Source of the DNA: Vulcanimicrobiota bacterium
GTDB taxonomy: Bacteria; Vulcanimicrobiota; Vulcanimicrobiia; Vulcanimicrobiales; Vulcanimicrobiaceae
Direction of reading: 5' to 3'
Length of the DNA: 64,000 nt
NCBI GenBank assembly: GCA_963714015.1
Contig: OY970223.1
Coordinates: 2,368,001-2,432,000 of the forward strand
The notes below the pieces were generated by a model. That model saw only the letters and a list, made by a program, of their open reading frames with translations, made no database searches and was not told the origin of the DNA. The position numbers and the translations under genes were made by a program. Each line of letters starts with the position of its first letter. Position 1 is the first letter of the stretch. Below are positions 39,080-49,845 of this stretch, one piece after another.

Positions 39080-40743
39080 TTGTGATTTTGCGGCCGCGCA
39101 TCAAATGAAAGCGCCCACCGCGCAATAGTATTCGGTGCGACCTGCATTTGAGCTCGGTACTGGCTGATTTGGGAAAATTGCGAGACGCCTCGACTGCGCA
39201 GCAAGGCTTGCAGCAAAGATGATTCGCTGCGTTGGAAGGCCGGCAATCTCGCCACATCAAGAGGCACCGTGTTACCTAGCACGTGCCGCTCGAATTCTGC
39301 AACCGAATGCGCGTTTAACTCAGCCGCAATGCGTGAATTGGTCGAACCGGCCACGTACATCCGGCCGGCGGCGTCGATTCCGATTTTGCTCACATGGGGC
39401 AACACGGGAACATGAAGATTACCAAATGCTGCGAGTTTGCCACGGCCCTGCATGCGGGTAAGGAACACGATGAGATTACTGCCCTCATCGAGCGGTGGAT
39501 CGTCGAGAAATACCCCCGTATCGGCCGGCTGTTGATCTACAACCTGTATTACGTCGCCGGGTTTGCACAGTGAGTCGGGACCAAAGAGATGACGGTAAAT
39601 ATGTAGCACCCGCGCTCTACGAATCGCTGTTCTGAAGGGTCCCTCTCGCACATAGGTTGACCCGGGCAATATCTCCACCCGAGCTACGAGGCTCGACATG
39701 AGATACATCGATTGAATACTGGCGTATGCTGAACCACTATGATCGTCAAGGTGGACCGAGCCGCTTCCGTTGCGTGAATCGCGCCCAAGCCGTGTGGGCG
39801 TACCGAAGGCATCGCCTGTTCCCTGGTAACCTTGTGCGAACGCCCAAGAGGCTGGATAGCGCTTTGGCGCCAGAGGCGGAACAGGGTGCGCAAACTCGGG
39901 CGGTGGACAGTGCGCGTTTCCAGGACACTTGAACGGAGGAGGCGTGAACTTGACAAAATAGGGATCGTATAGGGACTCGAGGTAGGGAGTGTCCCATGAT
40001 GGCAACGGCTGCGCCTCCGTTGTAATGCAGACCGGTACCTTGGGAAACATGATTGAACTCTCGTACTGGTTATGGCTCAAGCCTAGGCTGTGTCCGACCT
40101 CGTGCGCCATCACAGCGTAGACGGTATCAGCACTCTGAAGCGCACTCGCGGAATCAAAAACGATTTTAGCACTCTGGAGAAAGGTTTGATTTAGAGGCTT
40201 GTTAAGCGGGATGTTGCCGAAAGTCTCAACCCCTAAAGTACCATCTTCATTTCCGCCGCCGGTTAAGTCCTCGTCGTAGATCTGTACTTGGCTACCGGTG
40301 GGGTTATTTGTATATGTAAGCCCCAGTTCGAGCGTGCCCGTGGCATTTTGAGCAAGGTCCTTGTCCCAGGCTTCTATTGCGTCCTCTACCGGCGTATAGT
40401 AGCCACTCGCGCTGCTATCAATATAGTAAACGATGGTATAGTTCTCATCCTCCGCTCCCTTTGGCCAATAGATCCCCTGGCTTAGCGTGGAACCATCGCT
40501 CATGTGGATTGTCCATCCGTCCTGCAACGGGCTTGTAGATGGCGCTGTAGAGCATCCGTTGTAATACAACGTCGAGCTCGCTTGGATGGGGTCCGGGTTT
40601 TGTGTCGCAGAGTTTACCGTCGCCGGACCCGCGTTGTAGCCGTTGTTGTTCCCAATTGTACAGCCGTTCGCGTTGCAATCACATGAGTTGCCCATGCAAA
40701 GCAGAACGGGAAGCAAGGCCCCGAGTCGTTTTAAGAACAGCAT
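39076..40743 (-). CDS. Secreted matrixin (M10-like metzincin) metalloprotease with an additional C-terminal domain
   Basis: HEVGHSLGLSH zinc motif, SIMFP Met-turn, AIEAW; hydrophobic Cys-rich N-terminus; Pro-rich linker. Confidence 0.85.
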   Translation of the reverse strand: MLFLKRLGALLPVLLCMGNSCDCNANGCTIGNNNGYNAGPATVNSATQNPDPIQASSTLYYNGCSTAPSTSPLQDGWTIHMSDGSTLSQGIYWPKGAEDENYTIVYYIDSSASGYYTPVEDAIEAWDKDLAQNATGTLELGLTYTNNPTGSQVQIYDEDLTGGGNEDGTLGVETFGNIPLNKPLNQTFLQSAKIVFDSASALQSADTVYAVMAHEVGHSLGLSHNQYESSIMFPKVPVCITTEAQPLPSWDTPYLESLYDPYFVKFTPPPFKCPGNAHCPPPEFAHPVPPLAPKRYPASWAFAQGYQGTGDAFGTPTRLGRDSRNGSGSVHLDDHSGSAYASIQSMYLMSSLVARVEILPGSTYVREGPFRTAIRRARVLHIYRHLFGPDSLCKPGDVIQVVDQQPADTGVFLDDPPLDEGSNLIVFLTRMQGRGKLAAFGNLHVPVLPHVSKIGIDAAGRMYVAGSTNSRIAAELNAHSVAEFERHVLGNTVPLDVARLPAFQRSESSLLQALLRSRGVSQFSQISQYRAQMQVAPNTIARWALSFDARPQNHK

Positions 40744-40922
40744 ACTTACCCCCGCTATGAAGCTGGCTCGTTCTCAAGCCATACTAACGACCAAGCTCTC
40801 CCTCCGTCAACTCTCAGAGGTGACAGGAATGAGGCCAGGGCCCTGGGTCGGTATCGACGGGGCAGACCGCGCGGGAAAACGCTCACGTTCAAGCGCAGCC
40901 GTCGCCGAGGTTCAGCGGCGAA

Positions 40923-41140
40923 TTGACGCCGACCGGAAAAAGCGCAAGTCGCTCGGCGTTGTACTCGCCAGGCGTTGGTGGCATATCTTCGAAAGAGTGC
41001 GATTCTGCTGCCGTAGCCTTCCGGTGGGGGCTGGACCCCTTTGCGCAGGCCATTAGTCGACTAAGACAAACGTATCTACTAGGCGATGACCGTATTACTG
41101 AAGCAACGGCAATTCGGGTTTGAGCAAAATGGTCGAATCG
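40923..41140 (+). pseudogene. Possible DUF2235 (Tle1-like hydrolase) remnant
   Basis: LYSPGVGG..AFRWGLD..LRQTYLLGDDRI then FGF in another frame, resembling YxxGVG..GxGL..YxxGDxI..FGFSRGA. Confidence 0.35.
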
Positions 41141-41623
41141 TGTTCGAGCATCAGCTACGCGAAACTGTCGTGGCCGCAGCCTCGCACCCCGCGATGAGAG
41201 GCACTCCGCGCCCTCGCCGATTTTTAACACGCAGTTCATCCATCTGTTCACCGTTCACGGTGCGACGGCACAAACGCGAAGCCCAAATGCGGAAACGGCC
41301 CAGACAAGCCCTTTTATACGCATGTGTCAGACCGGTAAACCTACTTTCATACCAAAGTTATCAATGTTGGAGTTAGTGATCGGAGGTACACGCGCTGGAC
41401 GGCTTGCTCTATCCCGAATCGGATCCGCGCGTTGAAGAGCACTATACGGATATCGCCCCCGGTTTACCGACCAACTCTTCTCGCTATAATGATTCTGCTC
41501 GACTTCCGCTTTGCACGGCGCACACGTGACCTCACTCAGAGCCATCTTTACACCACCATCCTCGATATTAATATATTGAATTTCCACAGGTATCACGGCG
41601 TCAAGTATCTTAAGGTCGAGGTT

Positions 41624-42112
41624 GTGGACCAGATCGAATCTCAAGCAATGGGCGCGCGAACGGCCGGACGTCGACACGGAGGCTACGGCCTTGGTCGGCC
41701 GTATTCGGCGCATCGCGCAGATTCTTCGACCGCGGCTGGATGCCATTCACGAACGGTTCGTCTTTTAGGTGAATCGTTCGACGTGCGCGCCTCGCTGCGG
41801 CGTTCGGGTACGCCGGACGCATTGACGCCAACTGATCTCTATATCGTGAAATGATGCTATCGTCGGGCGCGATGACCAACCGGAATCGACCGGCTGGAAC
41901 AGCAAGAACTGGTGGAGCGCCAGCCCGAACCGGCGGACAGCCGCGGAACGCTCGTCAAGTTGACGGTGAAGGGAAAGCATGTCATCGACAAAGCGCGCCT
42001 GGAGCATCTGGCAAACGGAAGGCGCCTGCCGAAAACGCTCTCCGAAACCAGCCACGCACGCCTCTGCGCCCTGTTGCGTAAGTTGCTCCTGAGCCTCGAG
42101 ACTCCACGGTGA
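41624..42112 (+). pseudogene. UrtR/PecS/TamR-type MarR regulator, multiply frameshifted
   Basis: QWARERPD..GRI.R, FDV.ASLRRSG, LTPTDL, SSGAMTNR.DRLE, VER.P.PADSRG..V.LT.KG spread over several frames. Confidence 0.75.
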
Positions 42113-42810
42113 AGCGCGCTCTTCTGCTTCTCCTGCTGGCCTTGACGGCGTGCGCACCGGCCCTCCCCGATCGGGACATCCACGGATTCATGCCCTTGGG
42201 AGGAACGATCGTCGTTCGGAACCTCAAAGGCGATGTCAATGCATACGCGCCGGCCCGCAATCAGCCGTCGGACGAGTACACCGTCGACGTCTACGGCGAC
42301 GCCGCAAAGCGCGCGCTCATTCGCGTCCGCCCGTTGCTCGTAACGGCGCGGGCGAGTGCTCCCGGCGTCCGTTTTCTGATTCGCGCGCCGAAAGGCGGCT
42401 CGCTCGATCTCAGTACGGGGACCGGTTCCATCAACGTTGCGGACTTCGAAGGCGTCGTCAACGCGCATACCGATCGCGGAGACGTCAAAATGCTGATCCC
42501 GCAGTACGGCAGTGCCTCAGTCGGAACCGGGAACGTCAGCGTCATTTTCGCCTCAACCGATTGGCCGGGAACGCTGCACTTTTCGGTTCGAGACGGGAAC
42601 GTGGAGTTATACGTGAACGAACATGCAAAAGCGCACGTACGGATGCACACGGATAAGGGAACCATTTACAGTGACTTTCCATTGAAGGGTACGTCCGTAG
42701 GATGGAACGAGACGATAGACAGCACGATCAACGGAGGCGGCCCAAGATCGATCGACGTCGAGGTTCGCAGCGGTTCCATCCGCATGATGCAGCTCAAACC
42801 GCAAATCTAG
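42109..42810 (+). CDS. DUF4097 beta-strand-repeat lipoprotein
   Basis: LALTAC lipobox; repeats STGTGSI, TDRGDV, TDKGTI, VRSGSI. Confidence 0.75.
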   Translation: MKRALLLLLLALTACAPALPDRDIHGFMPLGGTIVVRNLKGDVNAYAPARNQPSDEYTVDVYGDAAKRALIRVRPLLVTARASAPGVRFLIRAPKGGSLDLSTGTGSINVADFEGVVNAHTDRGDVKMLIPQYGSASVGTGNVSVIFASTDWPGTLHFSVRDGNVELYVNEHAKAHVRMHTDKGTIYSDFPLKGTSVGWNETIDSTINGGGPRSIDVEVRSGSIRMMQLKPQI

Positions 42811-42880
42811 TCGGTGGGGGAGCACTGCCTCTTTAAGATTGCTGCGAAATCCGGTTCTGCGGTTTTCGCTGCGCCTGGGT

Positions 42881-43324
42881 CTAAGGGCCCTCACACTGCT
42901 GAGGAGATAGGGTCATATTTTCGCCGCCTCGTGAGTCGGACACCGATACCGTCGTTATGCCGGCGTTGTAGGCATGCGGATGGAGTCGCAGGAACGTTTT
43001 CGCGTAAGCGTCACGGAGTTGATCCGTCAGTTCGCCCGCACGCTCATCACCCTTTGAAAGACTGTCAGTCCGATCAACAATGGTTATTTCGTGACCGTGC
43101 ACCGCGACAATTCGGAATTCCCTTAGGTCCGGATTCGCTGAAAGTACGCGCTGAAAAGCAGCGATATCCGCTTTCCCCTCGCCCGGCTCGTCCTTAGTCG
43201 GTCCGCACCCATACGCGCATCCGGTGAGCCCGAATACGACCGCGACTGCAACTCCAAGAAGTCCAGAGCGCCTGGAACTACGTTCAGGATTGTATGAAGC
43301 ATGCTGCGATCGTGCCAATTTCAT
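42881..43324 (-). CDS. Hypothetical lipoprotein
   Basis: VAVVFGLTGC lipobox; lower GC than its neighbours. Confidence 0.55.
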   Translation of the reverse strand: MKLARSQHASYNPERSSRRSGLLGVAVAVVFGLTGCAYGCGPTKDEPGEGKADIAAFQRVLSANPDLREFRIVAVHGHEITIVDRTDSLSKGDERAGELTDQLRDAYAKTFLRLHPHAYNAGITTVSVSDSRGGENMTLSPQQCEGP

Positions 43325-43471
43325 CTACCGATATTCCGAGCTGCGTGAGCCGTCGGATGGCCGAGTTTTCTGCTTCGCACGATTGCGTCCAAGGTCACTG
43401 CAAATCAGGTTGGAAGGAAAGGCTCTCCCCCTTGCGGCCTACTGCGACAAGCGTACGTTATAATCCGTTCT

Positions 43472-44026
43472 ATGAGGCGACCCTTTACTACGATCGGACA
43501 TGGTACGGCGAGCGCCGATGAATTAGCCGCACTTCTGCGCAGCGCCGGAGTTGCTTCGCTGGTCGACGTGCGGACGGTTCCCAAGAGCCGCCGGCACCCG
43601 CACTTCTGGCGTGAAGAACTCGAAGTGTGGATACCGCAGCTCGCGGGCTGCTCGTATACGTGGGCGCCCGCACTAGGCGGATTCCGCAAAGCGCACCCCG
43701 ACAGTCGGAACTTCGCGCTGCGCCATCCGGCTTTCCGCGGTTACGCCGACTATATGGAGACTCCGCCGTTTCGTGAAGCCTTGCGTGACGTGCTCGAGCA
43801 GGCCGCCGGCGTTCAAACCGCGGTCATGTGCTCGGAGAGCCTCTGGTGGCGCTGTCACCGCCGCCTGATCGCGGACGCGGCGCAGTTGCTTCACGGTGTC
43901 GAGGTCTTGCATTTGATGCACGACGGTAAACTGCGTCCGCACGTCCCGACGCCGGGTGCACGCGTCGATGCATCCGGCGTTCTGCGGTACGACGACCTTA
44001 CTGCCGCGGATTCAGGAAAGAGTTGA
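43472..44026 (+). CDS. DUF488-family protein
   Basis: TIGHG, LVDVRTVPKSRRHPHF, LGG.R, FRGYADYM, MCSE..WWRCHRRLIAD; TATAAT 7 nt upstream suggests a leaderless mRNA. Confidence 0.9.
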   Translation: MRRPFTTIGHGTASADELAALLRSAGVASLVDVRTVPKSRRHPHFWREELEVWIPQLAGCSYTWAPALGGFRKAHPDSRNFALRHPAFRGYADYMETPPFREALRDVLEQAAGVQTAVMCSESLWWRCHRRLIADAAQLLHGVEVLHLMHDGKLRPHVPTPGARVDASGVLRYDDLTAADSGKS

Positions 44027-44892
44027 CGATGTTTCCGATGTTGCTCGATCCGCCGGCCTGCTGCGCGCCTTCGGCCGCCGGCTCGTGGTACGTCATCGAC
44101 TGTATGCCGACGCGCCCGGGTCCGTAAAAGCGGTTCAGCATGAGCGCAGCGCCGCCCACGAAGGCGCCGAGCGCGCCCATCAATCCGCCGCCGCCTCCGG
44201 ACTTCAAAACCGAGACCGTGTCCATGCGCACGTTCGCGTCTTTCCAAAGCCAGCCGCCGGGTTCGACGTCGAGCATCTCACCGGGCGCGAGCGTCTTTTC
44301 GAACACGTTGCCGTAACCGTGAATCAGCACGAATCCTTCGGACGGCCCTGCCGTGAAACGATCGATGAATAATCCCGTGCGCGAGAATAGCACGTTTGCC
44401 AAGCCTTGCTGCCAATAGAAGTTGTAGTCCACGCTGCTGGTAGCGAGGAGGAACTGGTGCTCGCGCACGTCGACCGACTGTCCGGGCCCAAGCCGCAGCG
44501 CGACGATTTGTCCGGGCGCCTCACGTGAAAATGCAATGTTCCCGGGACCCTGCGCCGTTGAAATGAAGATCTGCAAGCCGGAGAAAAAACGCTTCGCGGC
44601 GTTTTGAATACTCATGAACCCAAGCGTGACGTTGGGCTGCTTCCAAAGCAAGATATGGTGTTCGAAGTACACCGTCTGCTGCCGTCCCAACTCGACGTCG
44701 ACCACCGGAACCAGCTCGCCTTCGACGCGAATGGTCATGTCGCCGAGCGAGATCGGCGTCTTCGGGTTGTCCATCTCGGGCTGCGGCTCGGAGTACGAAC
44801 CGACGGTGGTCGTCTGTGGAATGGGCGCGCCGCAATTGGGGCAGAAACTTGGAACTATCGGGAACCGCTGCTTGGCACGACGGACAATTCAT
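43998..44892 (-). CDS. AIM24-family protein with N-terminal zinc ribbon (frameshift ~44847)
   Basis: CPSC...KF[C]PNCG; AIM24-like GPGNIAF, GLFIDRF, HGYGN, GPGRVGIQS. Confidence 0.8.
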
Positions 44893-44959
44893 GATGCGTC
44901 CCTCTCCGCCGGCAGAACGTGCGCTCGGCCTGCGTTGCTTCTGCCCGCCGGGCGCGCGA

Positions 44960-45893
44960 TCATGCGCGCGTCCTCGCCAGCCCTTCCTTTGCCTTGATGA
45001 GCCGCAGCATTGCGTCGTTGTACGGAGTGCCCACTCCAGTGCGCCGTCCCGCCGCGCAGACGGCGCCGTTGATGTGATCGATCTCGCTCGGATGTCCCGT
45101 CTCCAGATCGAACGCCATCGAGCTCTTGCTGTCGGCGCCCACGGCGATCACTTCGGTCACGTAGGTCCATGGATTCGCAAACGGCAGATTGATCTTCAGC
45201 GCCGCTGCTACGGCCGCCGCCTCTTCGGCAAGCGCTTCGGCAAGGCGGGCGGCATTCGGCTCGCGCAAGATCTCGCCGGCGTCGCAATCGAGCAACGCGC
45301 TGAGCGCATTGATTGCCGCGTTAGCGACGAGCTTTCCCCAGAGGTGCGGACGGATGTCGTAAACTACGGACGCGCGCATTCCGCTCACTGTAAGAAGTTC
45401 GGCGACGCTCCGTGAGGTTGCAGGGGACGCGCCGCCCGATCCGACGATGGTGTTGCCTTCCTCCGAACTGCGGACGCGTCCCGGAGAGACCGTCAGCTGA
45501 GGATTCGGTCGTGATTCCGAGCACGACCGGCACCGCCCCGCCGAGCGCGGTTTTGATCGCATCTTCGTTTCCGACGCCGTTTTGCAGCGAGACGATCGGC
45601 GTCGATGGACTGAGCTCGCCCGCAAACGGACGCAACGCGCGCAGCGTGTCCACAGCCTTGACGAACAAGAACACGACGTTCGAACCGAAGAGATCGCGCC
45701 AGTGCCGGCCGATCCGCACCGGACGGACGGACTCTTCGTTGACGCTCAGACCGCCGGCTCGCTCGATCTCGCCGAGTACGGCCGGATTGCTGTCGAGCAT
45801 CGTCACTTCGCAGCGCGAGGCCAAGTGGAATCCGAAAAGCGTTCCCATCGCTCCCGATCCGATGATGCCGACGCGCTGGCGGTTCTGCTCCAT
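44960..45893 (-). CDS. panE: 2-dehydropantoate 2-reductase (frameshift ~45490)
   Basis: IIGSGAMG, FVKA, LQNGVG, WGKLVANAAIN, SSMAFD, SEIDHING, TPYN. Confidence 0.9.
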
Positions 45894-46602
45894 CAGCGGC
45901 GACTTCGCGGCCGCGAATCGCGGCTCCCGTTTTCCGAAGAGATTGCGCAAAGCCCTGAACGATTGCGCCGCACGTGAAACCGCCGATGTGCGCGAAGTAC
46001 GCAACGCCGCCTTGGTTGGCACTCGGGTCGAACGTGTCGAAGCCTAAAAAGAATTGCAACGCCGCCCAAATTCCGATTACCGCGACGGCGGGCAAGCGCA
46101 GGAATAGCGGAAAGCAGCCGATCGGGGTAACGGTGTCGATCGTCGAGCGCGGAAAGGTCACGATGTACGCGCCCATGACTCCGGCGATCGCACCCGACGC
46201 ACCAATCTCCGGAACGTGGCTGTCCAGGCGCCACCAGCGTCTGGGCTACTCCTCCGGCGATGCCGCACAGCAGATAGAATCCCACAAACGCCAAGTGGCC
46301 TTGAAAGCGCTCGATTCGGGGGCCGAAGACCACGAGAAAGAGCATGTTGAAGAAAATGTGCGGATATACCGCCGTGCAGGAACATTGAGGTGACGATCGT
46401 CAGCACATAGGGATGCGGCGAGGGCGGCGGGCAGCTGGATATGATGCGTGACGTCGTACGGAACGAGCGCGAACTCGTTGATGACGCGCGGCGGGTACGC
46501 GGCCGTAAGTTCGCGATAGAAAAAGTACACGTTCGCCGCGACGACGGCCCACACGGCGATCGCGAAGATCTGCGGACTCCGCTCGTCGCGGTACGGAATC
46601 AC
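45893..46602 (-). CDS. Rhomboid intramembrane serine protease (several frameshifts)
   Basis: MIPYRD, TSMFLHGG..H..NMLFL..FG, GASGAIAGVMGAY, GGVAYFAHIGGF. Confidence 0.85.
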
Positions 46603-46615
46603 GGTAGCGACGCTT

Positions 46616-48170
46616 TTAGAAGTTCAACTGCAAGCCGTAGACCGTGCGGCGATCCGATCGGGTCGTGTCTCGTTCGCCGAAGAACACCTGCGCCCACTGC
46701 GCCAGATTCAAATTACCGTATATGTCGAACGTGGGATGGCGCAGATCGTAGATCCGGGTTTCCGCGCCGAGGCGCGTGCCGTTGCAGGATGCCAGCACGC
46801 CGATTTGCGAGTACAGGACGCCGCCGCCCGCGCGCAGGCAGCCCATGTTCTTCAACCCGGCGAGGTTCCAAGTCGTCTTGCCGCCGACATCATTGGCGCC
46901 GATCATCCGCTCGTGCTGTCCGTGCGGCAAGACGATCGCGTTGACGTCGGCTTGCGGTCCGCGATCGGAGGTAAGCAGCGGACTGGGACCGTTCACCGAC
47001 TGCGCGCTCAAGTAGCCGAACCGCGCCTGAACTTCAAAGAGATTGCTCGCGATGTGCGAGAGCGCGGTTTTGCAGATTCGCGGCGCCGGCGCCATTGGGC
47101 GGCGGCGTCTCGGTGCCCGGCGGCGGCAAGCTGTTCGGGCCGTGCGGGATAGGATACGGCGTGGCGCCCGCATCGATGCCGTAGACGCGGCTTCGGCCGC
47201 CGAGCGATCCCAAGAAGTGAGTCCGCCTTCTGCATCGTGGCATCCAGATTCGCGACGGTGTCGCGCAGCTGCGCCTGCGTCTGCGGATTACCGGAGATCG
47301 TCCGCAGATCGTTCGTCATGCCGGCGATGTTCGCGGTCAAATCGCGGATATTGGCGGTCGTGTCGATAAGGTTGCCTTTGAGCCGCGGATCCTGCGCAAG
47401 TGACTGCAGCTGATCCATCGATTTATTCAAAGCCACCGCCGTAGCGTCCAGCGACGTGAGGAGAGAGTCGACATGGTACTGGTTGCGCGACAACGTCGAG
47501 TTCATCGTCGAAGTCATGCCGACGATGTTGCCTCCGGCCGTACGCATCGTCGTTTCCATCGTGCCCGACAGGTCGGCGACGGTGCCTTTGAACTCCGTCG
47601 TTATCGCATCCATGTTCGTAAGGGCGGTATCGAGCGTGCCGAGCAGTTTGGGCTCTCGCTCCTCAGCAGCGAGAGCATCTCGTCGAGCCGCCGCACTTCA
47701 CCCTGACCCTGCTGCATCAGATCGGCGATGGACGCAACCGGCGTTCCGACCGGTTGTTGATCGACGGGCAGAATCTCCTTCGGCAGCGTTTGCACTTCGG
47801 GCGGCGGCGTCGACGGATATCCCGGCGGCGCTTTGTGGGGGACAGGGGGCAGAATGACCATGTTCGGCGTGCCCGTCAACGGCGCTTGAATCATGAAACG
47901 CGAGTCTCGCGGAATGTTTATTCCGTTCTGAATCGCCAGGATGACGTCGACCGTATTGTCTGCCAGCAGTTCCACTTGGTCGACGGTGCCGACCGTGACG
48001 CCGCTGAAGAAAACCTGCGCTCCCGTCGGCAAGCCGGCGGCATTAGCGAAGTGCACGCCGATGCGGTATCCGCTGTGGCGGGTTCCGAAATCGGTGATCA
48101 CGTAAAAGATCCCGAACAGCAGGGCCAGTGCGATCACCGCGAAGAGTCCCAGTTGCGCTTGTCTGGACAT
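46616..48170 (-). CDS. mlaD: Long MlaD/MCE protein (frameshifts ~47650 and ~47210)
   Basis: N-terminal TM, MCE motif F.NAAGL..GAQV..SGVTVG.V, long helical region, beta-rich C-terminus ending LQLNF. Confidence 0.85.
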
Positions 48171-48239
48171 CAGCTTGCCATATTTCCTGAGTGCATCCCT
48201 TTGGTTTTCCTGCCGCGCCGGCAGAACTCGTGAACGCGG

Positions 48240-48998
48240 TCATAGCGGTATCGGCCCCACTTCGGACCCCTGAAGGAACTGCTGGACGATGGGGTTCATC
48301 GAGTTGCGCACGTCCTCGACCGTTCCGTATTCAATGATCGCGCCTTCGAAGAGCATCGCCACGTAGTCGGCCATCATGTAGATCGATTCCAAGTCGTGAG
48401 AGATCACCACGGCCGTCGCGGAGAGCTGCTGCCGAAGCCGTTTGATGGTGTCCGTAAGCAGATGGGTCACGATGGGATCTAAACCCGTAGTGGGCTCGTC
48501 GTACAACACCAAGTCGGGATTCGTTACGACCGCGCGCGCAAAACCGGCGCGTTTGAGCATCCCGCCGGAAAGTTCGCTCGGCATATTATCCATGGTATGC
48601 GCCAGTCCCACACTATCGAGCGTGTGGACGACGATGTCCTGAATCTCCTTCTCGCTGAGCGCCGTGTGCTCGCGCAGCGGCAATGCGATGTTGTCGCCCA
48701 CCGTCATACTGTCGAAGAGTGCGGCGAATTGAAACGAGAAGCCGATCTTCGTCCGCATCTCGATCAGTTCGCTCTCGCGCATGTGGCAGATGTCGTGGCC
48801 GCGGACGTAGACGTGCCCGTCATCGGGCTTGCGCAGTCCGTCGAGCAGCCGCAGGATCGTCGACTTGCCTGCGCCCGACATGCCGATGATGCACGTAATT
48901 GCCCCTTCCGCAATATCCAGGCTGCAGTTCTGGAGCACGACGCGTTCGCCGTATCGCAGGGTCACGTCATCCAGCCTCGCGATGACCCTCGAGCTCAC
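48240..48998 (-). CDS. mlaF: MlaF-type ABC ATPase
   Basis: GMSGAGKS, FQFAALFDSMTV, PSELSGGM.KR, YDEPTTGLDP, SHD. Confidence 0.92.
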   Translation of the reverse strand: MSSRVIARLDDVTLRYGERVVLQNCSLDIAEGAITCIIGMSGAGKSTILRLLDGLRKPDDGHVYVRGHDICHMRESELIEMRTKIGFSFQFAALFDSMTVGDNIALPLREHTALSEKEIQDIVVHTLDSVGLAHTMDNMPSELSGGMLKRAGFARAVVTNPDLVLYDEPTTGLDPIVTHLLTDTIKRLRQQLSATAVVISHDLESIYMMADYVAMLFEGAIIEYGTVEDVRNSMNPIVQQFLQGSEVGPIPL

Positions 48999-49007
48999 GT
49001 CTGACCA

Positions 49008-49845
49008 TCAGCCTCCACCGTAGAGGAAATACGACATGCCGAAGTTCATGATGAAGATCAAAATGATGCAGATGACGACCGCGCTGGTCGTCGATTTGCC
49101 GACGCCTGCGGCGCCGCCCGTTGTCGTCAAGCCCTGATACGAGCCGACCAGCGCGATGATGATGCCGAAGATCACCGATTTGAAAAGGCCTTTAACGACG
49201 TCTTCGAAGCCTATCGTTTGGCGGGCCGACGACATGAAATCGTTGTACGCGATGTGCGCCTGAGCGTTGGCGATCCACTCTCCGCCCAGCACGCCGATGA
49301 CGTCCGCGAAGACGGTGAGCAAGCGGCAGCATGATCATCAGCGCTATCACGCGCGGCACGACTAAAAAACGCACCGGCGCCAGCCCCAGGGACTGCAGCG
49401 CCTCGATTTGCTCGGTAACGACCATCGAGCCCAGTTCGGCGGCAATCGCGGCGCAGACGCGGCCCGCGACGACGACGGCCGTGAGCATCGGCCCGAGTTC
49501 GCGCACGTTCGTGTACGAAACGATGCCGCCGACGAAGCTGCCGAATCCGTACTGTACCGCTTGAACCGCGGATTCCAGCGAGAACACCATACCGGTGAAC
49601 AGCGAGGTCAGCAGCACGATGATCAGCGACTGATAGCCCAGCAAAAAGCACTGGTTCACCGTTTCGGAGAAACGAATACGCAGCCGGAATATCGTGACGG
49701 CCGCCTCGGTGCCGAGCGCCGTAACGCCGCCGATATACTCGAAAAACGAATTGATCTGCCCGCCGACACCCTCCAGAGCGCCGACGCCGGCTCGCTCGAC
49801 CAACTCGGCGGTCGACTCGGAATCATCGAGCGTCTGCGACACCAT
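49008..49845 (-). CDS. mlaE: MlaE-type ABC permease (frameshift ~49320)
   Basis: RELGPMLTA..AGR..AAELGSM.VTEQIEAL..PR; GGAAGVGKSTT.AVV. Confidence 0.92.

Larger units (their letters stand above)
34550..41600. mobile_element. Lower-GC accessory island next to the xer gene and dif-like site (ends approximate)
   Basis: Visibly more A/T-rich than the flanks; accessory genes and decayed fragments; no integrase or direct repeats seen inside. Confidence 0.5.

Noticed and set aside
40757..40777. MKLARSQ encoded here and at the start of the 42881-43324 ORF with different codons
   Set aside because: No similarity beyond 7 residues, and this copy overlaps the matrixin upstream region; likely chance
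33581..41600. Integron (tyrosine recombinase plus cassette array)
   Set aside because: The recombinase lacks the IntI-specific insertion and looks like Xer; no repeated attC-like sites; downstream genes are in mixed orientation
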